Assembly: GCA_002726445.1 (NCBI GenBank)
Contig: PBSZ01000059.1
Location: 1-44,782, forward strand
Direction: 5' to 3'
Length of the DNA: 44,782 nucleotides
DNA from: Cellvibrionales bacterium
GTDB lineage: Bacteria > Pseudomonadota > Gammaproteobacteria > Pseudomonadales > UBA7434
Positions 37,799 through 44,782 of this stretch are shown here, piece by piece; position 1 is the stretch's first letter, and every line of letters starts with the position of its first letter. Position numbers and translations under genes: made by a program. The notes under the pieces were generated by a model that was given only the letters and a program-made list of their open reading frames with translations, was not told the DNA's origin and searched no databases.

Positions 37799-38080
37799 AT
37801 GTTATTAAAAACCATTATCGTACTGCTTATTATTGGCTTAATTATCAGTCTTGCCAGTGGTCTGGTGTTTTTATTCCAAGACATCGGTACGACTAAGCGT
37901 CGCACCATGCACTCGCTGGGTATTCGAATTAGTTTAGCTGCCGCGTTGATGGCCACTACCGTCTATGGGTTTTTATCGGGGCAGCTGGGGGTCGGTGCAC
38001 CTTGGGATGAGCGTAAATATCGCCCAGCCCAAGCAGTTGTAGCACCAGAAGTATCAAATGATATAGACAAAGAAGAATAA
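37799..38080 (+). CDS. Twin-transmembrane-helix small protein (DUF2909, HIG1-like)
   Basis: LLKTIIVLLIIGLIISLASGLVFLF - KRR - GIRISLAAALMATTVYGFLSG gives two TM helices joined by a basic loop. AAGGTGA lies upstream of the ATG. The gene is on the strand opposite the surrounding cox genes, and its 3' end overlaps the coxC 3' end by 27 nt. Confidence 0.65.
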   Translation: MLLKTIIVLLIIGLIISLASGLVFLFQDIGTTKRRTMHSLGIRISLAAALMATTVYGFLSGQLGVGAPWDERKYRPAQAVVAPEVSNDIDKEE

Positions 38081-39019
38081 GCAGACCCAGACGACATCAA
38101 CAAAATGCCAGTACCACGAAGCTGACTCAAAACCAAAACAGTCGTCATGAGTAAAGTGGCCATTTTGAGCCCGAAGTAGCATGATCAGCAGCATCGTCAT
38201 TCCTAAGAAAACATGGAATCCATGAAAACCGGTCAACATAAAGAAAGTGGTGCCGTAAATGCCGCTCTCTAGGGTCAGCCCTAAATCGACATAAGCTTCG
38301 TGATACTCCATGTACTGCAGATACAAAAATACAATCGCTAACAGCACCGTTAATAATAACCAGCTCTTGAATTGCTTACGGTTATCATTCTTTAACCCCA
38401 CATGGGCAAAATGCACGGTCACTGAGGACGAAAGTAAAATAATGGTGTTCCACATTGGCAGCCAACCTAACAAACCATTATGGGCATCGGCTGGATACAT
38501 ACTGTTATGCGCACCCGCACCTACAAAGACGGCTTTGGCGCCATTAACTACTTGATCGGGTGTTTCTAAGACGGGCCAAGTATATTTGTACCCTTCCCAC
38601 AACAGGTTCATAAACTGTCCTTTATCGCCCTCACCACCTAACCAAGGGCCGGCAAAATTTCTGACGTAAAATAGCGCGCCAAAGAAGGCAAAAAAGAACA
38701 TCACTTCTGAGAAGATAAACCAGCCCATACCCCAAACATAGCTGCGCTTTAATTGCAGACTATTCATGCCTTGGCGATTTTCCATAATGGCCTGCCTAAA
38801 CCAGAAGAATAATACTGAGACAAAACCTAGAAATCCAACGATAGCAATATAGCCGCCAGAGCCAGCTTCATCCGCTTTTAACTGGTTAAAAAAAGTGGCT
38901 AAGCCAAAGATCAAACAGAATAAAGTAATACTGGCTAAAATAGGAAAAGCCGATTGCTCAGGCACATAATACGGCTCGTAGTCATCATTACTGTCCGTCA
39001 TATGGGTTTCGCTAGACAT
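38054..39019 (-). CDS. coxC: Cytochrome c oxidase subunit III
   Basis: Seven-TM protein with GFHGFHVFLGM and WYWHFVDVVW. The ATG at 39019 is preceded by GGAGAAAAAA. The track start at 39064 is less likely. Confidence 0.9.
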   Translation of the reverse strand: MSSETHMTDSNDDYEPYYVPEQSAFPILASITLFCLIFGLATFFNQLKADEAGSGGYIAIVGFLGFVSVLFFWFRQAIMENRQGMNSLQLKRSYVWGMGWFIFSEVMFFFAFFGALFYVRNFAGPWLGGEGDKGQFMNLLWEGYKYTWPVLETPDQVVNGAKAVFVGAGAHNSMYPADAHNGLLGWLPMWNTIILLSSSVTVHFAHVGLKNDNRKQFKSWLLLTVLLAIVFLYLQYMEYHEAYVDLGLTLESGIYGTTFFMLTGFHGFHVFLGMTMLLIMLLRAQNGHFTHDDCFGFESASWYWHFVDVVWVCLFFFVYII

Positions 39020-39094
39020 TTTTTTCTCCAAATTAAACAGGCTTAGTCGCCCAGTATCAATCAATTTAGTCAGGCACGAATCGTACCGACGTTA

Positions 39095-39655
39095 TTATCG
39101 TATCGCTAAACTATCGTCAGCTATCAAACCGCCATTAGTAATATCAAACAGCGTATACGATAAAGTGATGGTGGTGACATTGCTCGGTAAGTCACGGTCA
39201 ACAATAAACTTTAGCGGCATATCAATAGCCTCGCCAGCTGCTAACTGCTGCTGATTAAAACAAAAACATTCGGTCTTTAAAAAATACGACGCCGCTCTGC
39301 TTGGCGATACGCTAGGTATCGCCTGAGCCATCATAGCCTTTGATGATGGGTTCTTTGCATAAAACGTCGTTTCAATTTCTTCGCCTGGGTGCACCTTCAT
39401 TTTAAAAACTTGAGGCTTAAATTCCCAAGACATATAGTCGTTGTTGGTGGCAACAAATTGCACCGTCACTTCTCTGCTGGTATCGATTAAATCGGCCAAC
39501 GGAATAAAGGCTTCAGCATTGGTTTTGCCATTAAGACCAGTGATATCACAGAACATATCGTACAGCGGTACCAAGGCGAAACCAAAACCAAACATACCAA
39601 CCGTCACCAACAACAGTCGGCTTACTATACTTTTAATTGATGCACTAGACTTCAT
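39095..39655 (-). CDS. ctaG: Cytochrome c oxidase assembly protein Cox11/CtaG
   Basis: N-terminal TM anchor with the VPLYDMFCDITG motif, plus the copper-binding CFCF motif (KTECFCFNQQ). Confidence 0.88.
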   Translation of the reverse strand: MKSSASIKSIVSRLLLVTVGMFGFGFALVPLYDMFCDITGLNGKTNAEAFIPLADLIDTSREVTVQFVATNNDYMSWEFKPQVFKMKVHPGEEIETTFYAKNPSSKAMMAQAIPSVSPSRAASYFLKTECFCFNQQQLAAGEAIDMPLKFIVDRDLPSNVTTITLSYTLFDITNGGLIADDSLAIR

Positions 39656-39685
39656 CGGCCAATACCTTTTTCAAATATCACGCGC

Positions 39686-41239
39686 TTACTTAACCGCTGG
39701 CGGCGTAGTGAAGGTGTGATAAGGCGCAGGTGATGGAATCGTCCACTCTAGGCCCTCTGGATTTTCCCAGACTTCATCGGTTGCTTGCTTACCGCCGCGT
39801 ATGGTTTTTATCACGATGAATAAAAAGAACACCTGGCTAAAACCAAATAAGAATGCGCCCATGCTAGCGATCTGATTAAAATCGGCAAATTGCAGAGCGT
39901 AATCAGGGATGCGGCGCGGCATGCCTGCCAAGCCAACAAAATGCATCGGGAAAAAGGTCACGTTTAAGCCTACAAATGAAAGCCAAAAATGCGCTTTGCC
40001 TAGACGCTCGTCATACATGTTACCGCACCATTTAGGCAGCCAGTAATAGACACCAGCAAAGATTGAGAAAATGGCGCCCGGCACTAATACGTAATGGAAA
40101 TGTGCCACCACAAAATAGGTGTCATGGTACTGAAAGTCCGCCGGCGCAATCGCCAGCATCAAGCCGGAAAAGCCACCGATAGTAAACAGAATAACGAAAG
40201 CAATCGAAAACAACATCGGTGTTTCAAAGCTCATAGAGCCGCGGAACATCGTAGTAATCCAGTTGAAGACTTTTACCCCAGTTGGCACAGCAATTAGCAT
40301 AGTGGCGTACATGAAGAACAGCTCACCCGCAATCGGCATGCCGACGGTAAACATGTGGTGAGCCCAGACGATAAACGACAAGAAAGCAATCGATGCCGTC
40401 GCGTAAACCATCGAGGCATAACCAAATAAGGGCTTACGCGCGAAGGTAGGAATAATCGCCGAAACAATACCAAATGCCGGTAAGATCATAATATACACTT
40501 CAGGATGACCAAAGAACCAGAACACGTGCTGGAACAATACGGGGTCACCACCACCGGCCGCACTGAAGAAGCTAGTGCCAAAGTGAATGTCCATTAGCAT
40601 CATCGTCACACAGCCTGCCAATACCGGCATAACCGCTATCAATAAGTAAGCGGTGATTAACCATGTCCATACGAATAAGGGCATTTTCATTAAGGTCATG
40701 CCCGGCGCGCGCATATTAAGAATGGTCGCGATAATATTAATCGAACCCATAATCGATGACGCACCCATAATATGCACCGCAAAGATAAAGTAGGTCACAC
40801 TAGGTGGGGCATAGGTGGTTGATAAAGGCGCGTAAAAAGTCCACCCGAAGTTAGGGCCGCCACCTTCCATAAATAAAGTGGAGGTTAATAGGGCAAAAGC
40901 AAAGGGTAAAATCCAAAAGCTCCAGTTATTCATTCTCGGCAGCGCCATGTCCGGTGCGCCAACCATCATTGGAATTAGCCAGTTAGCTAATCCCACAAAC
41001 GCAGGCATAACGGCACCAAAAACCATCACTAAGCCGTGCATGGTAGTCATTTGATTAAAAAACTCGGGCTCGACTAACTGTAAGCCTGGCTGGAATAACT
41101 CAGCTCGAATGACTAACGCAAATACGCCACCCATAAGAAACATAGCGAAACTGAACCATAAATACATTGAGCCGATATCTTTGTGGTTTGTTGTAAACAA
41201 CCAACGGCCAAAACCTTTTGCGGGACCATGATCACCCAT
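39686..41239 (-). CDS. coxA: Cytochrome c oxidase subunit I (aa3 type)
   Basis: WLFTTNHKDIGSMYL, GHPEVYIMILPAFG and HHMFTVGM; 517 aa. Confidence 0.95.
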   Translation of the reverse strand: MGDHGPAKGFGRWLFTTNHKDIGSMYLWFSFAMFLMGGVFALVIRAELFQPGLQLVEPEFFNQMTTMHGLVMVFGAVMPAFVGLANWLIPMMVGAPDMALPRMNNWSFWILPFAFALLTSTLFMEGGGPNFGWTFYAPLSTTYAPPSVTYFIFAVHIMGASSIMGSINIIATILNMRAPGMTLMKMPLFVWTWLITAYLLIAVMPVLAGCVTMMLMDIHFGTSFFSAAGGGDPVLFQHVFWFFGHPEVYIMILPAFGIVSAIIPTFARKPLFGYASMVYATASIAFLSFIVWAHHMFTVGMPIAGELFFMYATMLIAVPTGVKVFNWITTMFRGSMSFETPMLFSIAFVILFTIGGFSGLMLAIAPADFQYHDTYFVVAHFHYVLVPGAIFSIFAGVYYWLPKWCGNMYDERLGKAHFWLSFVGLNVTFFPMHFVGLAGMPRRIPDYALQFADFNQIASMGAFLFGFSQVFFLFIVIKTIRGGKQATDEVWENPEGLEWTIPSPAPYHTFTTPPAVK

Positions 41240-41251
41240 TATCGGTACTCC

Positions 41252-42433
41252 TTATAAACTTCTTTTGTGATTTAAAACGTCGACTGGCTGGAGCATATCG
41301 CCCATGTTGTTACCCCAAGCATTTCGCTTGTAAGTGATCACCGCGGCCAAATCGATATTGTTCAACTGCTCGCCAAAGGCTTGCATTGCTGAGCCCTGAA
41401 CACCATTGATCATTAAACTTAAATGACCATTCATCGGCCCAGTCGTAATTGATGAGCCGATTAATGTTGGACCTACACCGCCAGCACCGGTTGGACCGTG
41501 ACAAGCAACGCAGTTAGTTTGATAAACTTTCTCGCCGCGGGCGTAGAGCTCATCCATAGAAAAACTTTGCGACATGGCTAACTTCAACTCTTCTGCCTCA
41601 ACTTTTTTAGCGACTAGCCATTGCTGGTAATCAACCTCTTCCATCGCATGAACCACAATCGGCATAAAACCATGTGATTTGCCGCACAGCTCAGCGCACT
41701 GACCGCGGTAGATGCCAGGCTCATCAACGATCGTCCAAACGTCATTAATATAACCAGGAATTGCATCTCGCTTAACCGCTAAGGCGGGCACCCACCAAGC
41801 GTGCAAGACATCATTGGCTGTGATTAAGAAGCGTACCTTTTTATTAATCGGAATAACAACTGGCTCATCGACTTCAAGCAAGTAATGCTCGCCCTTAGGT
41901 GCACGACCATATATTTCATCTTGCGGCGTGGTCAAATTACTGAAAAAACTGACTTCTTCGCCAAGATACTCATACTGCCACTTCCATTGGTAGCCAACCA
42001 CCTTGATATCAATATCAGCATCGGAGGTGTCGTAAATTTTGATTAAGGTCGACGTGGCAGGCACAGCCATAGCGACCAAGATTAAAGCGGGAATAATCGT
42101 CCAAGCAAGCTCGACCAGCGTGCTCTCATGAAACTTAGACGGCACAGCACCAGCGGATTTGCGATGCATAATCATCGAATAAAACATAATGCCGAACACC
42201 ACAACACCAATCCATACGCAGATCATAAAAATCAGCATATGTAGGTCGTAGATTTCATGACTGGTGGCCGTAACGCCTTGCGTCATATTCGTTACCCAGC
42301 GCTGCGCCTCTCCGGCAGCCACTTCACCACTCTTTGCAAACGCTTGAAAACTCAGGGCTAACAGGGAAAATACAACAAAGGGCTTAACACTCATTAGCGA
42401 CTTAATGGTCGGTCGCTTGCTAAAAAATAGCAT
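41252..42433 (-). CDS. coxB: Cytochrome c oxidase subunit II with a fused C-terminal cytochrome c domain
   Basis: Signal peptide plus two TM helices, the CuA site CAELCGKSHGFM, and a C-terminal heme c motif CVACHG. AGGAG lies 10 nt upstream of the ATG at 42433. Confidence 0.92.
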   Translation of the reverse strand: MLFFSKRPTIKSLMSVKPFVVFSLLALSFQAFAKSGEVAAGEAQRWVTNMTQGVTATSHEIYDLHMLIFMICVWIGVVVFGIMFYSMIMHRKSAGAVPSKFHESTLVELAWTIIPALILVAMAVPATSTLIKIYDTSDADIDIKVVGYQWKWQYEYLGEEVSFFSNLTTPQDEIYGRAPKGEHYLLEVDEPVVIPINKKVRFLITANDVLHAWWVPALAVKRDAIPGYINDVWTIVDEPGIYRGQCAELCGKSHGFMPIVVHAMEEVDYQQWLVAKKVEAEELKLAMSQSFSMDELYARGEKVYQTNCVACHGPTGAGGVGPTLIGSSITTGPMNGHLSLMINGVQGSAMQAFGEQLNNIDLAAVITYKRNAWGNNMGDMLQPVDVLNHKRSL

Positions 42434-42573
42434 AATCTACACTCTCCTAAACACTTACATAACGTACTAATTTGACTCGTTAAGATAACGGTCGGATAAC
42501 AGAACTCTTCCTTCTGCCATCATAACTTCCATTCAATTCATATAGTTAGCCATTTTCCTCAATCAAGACAGGG

Positions 42574-42589
42574 CATGACTCCAGTCATG
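42574..42589. promoter_or_regulatory. Inverted repeat CATGACT-CC-AGTCATG in the coxB/MATE divergent intergenic region; candidate regulator site
   Basis: 7-bp perfect arms with a 2-nt spacer, about 140 nt upstream of the coxB ATG. It does not match the FNR/ANR consensus TTGAT-N4-ATCAA. Confidence 0.25.
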
Positions 42590-42918
42590 GAAAGTTAACT
42601 GGCTCAACTTTATTATGGCTTCTCGAACATGGGCCGAACCAACTGGCCGCGGAATTTATCGTGCGGAAATACTGGCAACCATTGAACGCAAAAAAGCGCG
42701 GCGATTATAGCAAAGTAAATAAATATCTGACTATCAATGCAGGTCTAATTTTTGCAAGAATCTTATTTCTTGGCAGAAATACCATTTTAAACGGTCAAAG
42801 CCAGACTTCACTCTACGCTTTGTCAAAATTATCCTGAAATAGCCTGTAGATTTCTCTATTTTGCCCTATTATCACAACATTTATACGCACGAATTAAAGG
42901 ATTATCTCACAGGTCAGA

Positions 42919-44250
42919 ATGATTTTTAACCAAGCTGATAATAAAAAGATTTGGTCAATAGCTTGGCCGATGATGCTCTGCAGTCTAACCACGCCGCTGT
43001 TGGGATTAACCGACACCTTCTTGCTCGCCCACATTGGCAGTGGCGAGCACCTGTCTGCGGTGGCTATCGGTGTCAGTGTTATTAGTATGCTGTATTGGGG
43101 ATTTGGCTTCTTGCGGATGGGAACCACCTCTCTTATCGCTAGAAATAAGGGTCAACAGCTCAAAACCGGGCAAATAACGCCTGAAATCGCCGCCAATATT
43201 CTAGGCCGAGGTCTCTTGCTGGCACTTGTTTGCAGTGTATTAATCCTCTTAATCACCCCTTTTATAGTCCGGCTCATTGTTGAAGCGATGAATGCCAGCC
43301 CAGCTATCGCGCCATTATGCATCGAGTATATTCAAATCAGGCTGTTCTCAGCGCCAGCAGTGTTAATTGGCTACGTTATTTCAGGCTGGCTGATTGGCTC
43401 GCAAAATACTCGCGCCGCGCTGGCCATTGTTATCACGGCTAACGTCATTAATATTGGCTTAGACTATGTATTTATTGCCGAACTGAATATGCACAGCCGA
43501 GGAGCCGCTATCGCTTCGGTTATCGCTGAGTACGCAGCTGCAGGGCTGGCCATCAGTATTCTTATCAAAGCCAAAGCCCTCGATAGAGGCCTAAGTTGGC
43601 CCCATTGGTTCAAACTTTCCGCCTGTAAAGAGCTATTACAGTTAAATTACCATCTCTTTGTCCGGACGCTATTAATCGTATTTAGTTTGAATTTTTTTAC
43701 CGCCCAAGGTGCCGCTCTTGGCGATAATATTTTAGCCGCCAACGCTATCTTGCTTCAACTTGCCTTATTAAGTGCCTACATTATGGACGGCTTCAGCTTT
43801 GCCGCAGAAGCGCTTTGTGGTGAATCTGCAGGCCGCCAAGACGCGCATCAATTTCATCGTTACACCTTGCAATGTGGGGCTTGGGTGTCAATCACGGCGA
43901 TTATATTTAGCAGTTTTTATCTTCTTGCTGGCGAGGCCATTATTCATACGCTCAGCAATATTGATGCTATCAATCGCATTGCCAGCGACTATCTGCCATG
44001 GTTGGTGCTCATGCCTATAGCAGGTATGGTGGCGTATTTATTTGACGGCGTTTATATTGGCTATGGCTCAGTAAAGGCCATGCACCTAAGCTTATGGTTG
44101 GGTTTATTGCTGGTATACCTGCCTATTTGGTGGCTGAGTCAAGCTTGGCAGAATCATGGTCTATGGCTTGCCTTGGTCTGTTTCACCGCGTTCAGAGGGC
44201 TTAGTTTAGCGATCTATTACCCACGCCTGCTCACTAAACTAGACGCCTAA
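42919..44250 (+). CDS. dinF: MATE-family efflux transporter, DinF-like
   Basis: 443 aa, 12 predicted TM segments. The N-terminus IWSIAWPMMLCSLTTPLLGLTDTFLLAHIG is typical of the DinF subgroup. Confidence 0.82.
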   Translation: MIFNQADNKKIWSIAWPMMLCSLTTPLLGLTDTFLLAHIGSGEHLSAVAIGVSVISMLYWGFGFLRMGTTSLIARNKGQQLKTGQITPEIAANILGRGLLLALVCSVLILLITPFIVRLIVEAMNASPAIAPLCIEYIQIRLFSAPAVLIGYVISGWLIGSQNTRAALAIVITANVINIGLDYVFIAELNMHSRGAAIASVIAEYAAAGLAISILIKAKALDRGLSWPHWFKLSACKELLQLNYHLFVRTLLIVFSLNFFTAQGAALGDNILAANAILLQLALLSAYIMDGFSFAAEALCGESAGRQDAHQFHRYTLQCGAWVSITAIIFSSFYLLAGEAIIHTLSNIDAINRIASDYLPWLVLMPIAGMVAYLFDGVYIGYGSVKAMHLSLWLGLLLVYLPIWWLSQAWQNHGLWLALVCFTAFRGLSLAIYYPRLLTKLDA

Positions 44251-44507
44251 GAGCGCTTTTTAGGGTCAATAAGTTTGACTGCCTCAACAGCAACCTCATG
44301 TGCCAGCGGCTTTTCGCCAAGACGATTTTGGTTAACGCGAGTGACTATCTCTTCCGGTTTCCCATTATCTCTTTGATCAAAGGGTTCATTAAAATCGCAT
44401 CGATTACAGGCTCGCCATTTTTCACCCGCTTCAAAATAAATAAAAATCTTATCTCGTTGCTGACATTTTGGGCACAGCGCACCTGCAATAAATCTTTTTT
44501 TATGCAT
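44247..44507 (-). CDS. yheV: YheV-family zinc-ribbon protein
   Basis: MHKKRFIAGALCPKCQQRD....WRACNRCDF has two CxxC pairs and resembles E. coli YheV (RKRFIAGAKCPAC...). AAGGGTG lies 6 nt upstream of the ATG at 44507. The stop overlaps the dinF stop by 4 nt. Confidence 0.72.
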   Translation of the reverse strand: MHKKRFIAGALCPKCQQRDKIFIYFEAGEKWRACNRCDFNEPFDQRDNGKPEEIVTRVNQNRLGEKPLAHEVAVEAVKLIDPKKRS

Positions 44508-44649
44508 GTATTTCACCCTTCATAATGGACTTTTTATCGCCAGCCTTGCAGATTAAAAACGACTATCATATCAGCGGCCAAGCCAGTTTGGTACAATCAA
44601 CCACGAATTGAGACTGCATCACTTTCAGATCACTTGGAGTCAACCGACT

Positions 44650-44782
44650 ATGACTATCCGTTCCTTTAATGAATATACGCCGGTGCTAGCAAAAGGTGTT
44701 TTTATCGATCCGTCGGCAGTCGTGATAGGCAATGTACGCCTTGGGCAAGACTGCTCGGTCTGGCCACAAGCCGTCATTCGAG
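44650..44782 (+). CDS. Gamma-carbonic-anhydrase-like / hexapeptide-repeat (LbH) protein, N-terminal 44 codons; runs off the right window edge
   Basis: Absent from the ORF track because it is open at the window edge. Manual translation gives MTIRSFNEYTPVLAKGVFIDPSAVVIGNVRLGQDCSVWPQAVIR, a typical YrdA/CaiE/PaaY-type N-terminus. An extended -10-like TGGTACAAT lies at 44588-44596. Confidence 0.7.
   Translation, partial: MTIRSFNEYTPVLAKGVFIDPSAVVIGNVRLGQDCSVWPQAVIR

Noticed and set aside
37753-37956. 67-aa minus-strand ORF opposite the DUF2909 gene
   Set aside because: The plus-strand frame gives a clean twin-TM protein with an RBS. The minus-strand translation has no hydrophobic helices or RBS and overlaps the SURF1 promoter region.
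42771-42786. TGGCAG-N5 resembling a sigma54 -24 element upstream of the MATE gene
   Set aside because: The -12 position reads CCATT rather than TTGC(A/T), so it is not a credible sigma54 promoter.
42434-42918. LexA (SOS) box upstream of the dinF-like MATE gene
   Set aside because: I looked for CTGT-N8-ACAG because E. coli dinF is SOS-regulated. The only CTGT (about 42844) is not followed by ACAG at the correct spacing.

Overview
This window is densely packed core chromosome from a gammaproteobacterium, with about 49 protein-coding genes, almost all recognisable housekeeping functions. Gene order mixes E. coli-like blocks (gmk-rpoZ-spoT, coaBC/radC-rpmB-rpmG-mutM, rsmD/ftsYEX-rpoH, rdgB-hemW) with Pseudomonas-like blocks (rph-crc-pyrE, argB-algC-coaBC, metX-metW-DUF4426-rdgB-hemW). 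It also holds a complete aa3 cytochrome c oxidase structural and biogenesis cluster: coxB-coxA-cox11-coxC / DUF2909 / SURF1-hyp-ctaA-cyoE-senC. I saw no rRNA, tRNA, CRISPR array, IS element, integrase, phage gene or recognisable defence or toxin module. I do not find a convincing new multi-gene system here. The points most worth a second look are modest. (1) A Crc-type, apparently catalytically dead EEP protein lies between rph and pyrE. (2) A second, membrane-anchored SCO-like CxxxC protein sits inside the oxidase biogenesis operon. (3) A secreted SNase-family nuclease is appended to the end of that operon, convergent with an orphan secreted 103-aa protein that has its own motif-rich upstream region and terminator. 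(4) A twin-TM DUF2909 gene lies antisense within the cox cluster and overlaps coxC by 27 nt. (5) Seven of the eight convergent gene junctions leave no room for a terminator. (6) Several long AT-rich intergenic regions carry palindromes or repeats. Two edge-truncated genes, spoT on the left and a hexapeptide-repeat protein on the right, and the short rpmG gene are missing from the supplied ORF track; I added them by manual translation. All family assignments come from motif recognition by eye and remembered synteny. No searches were run.
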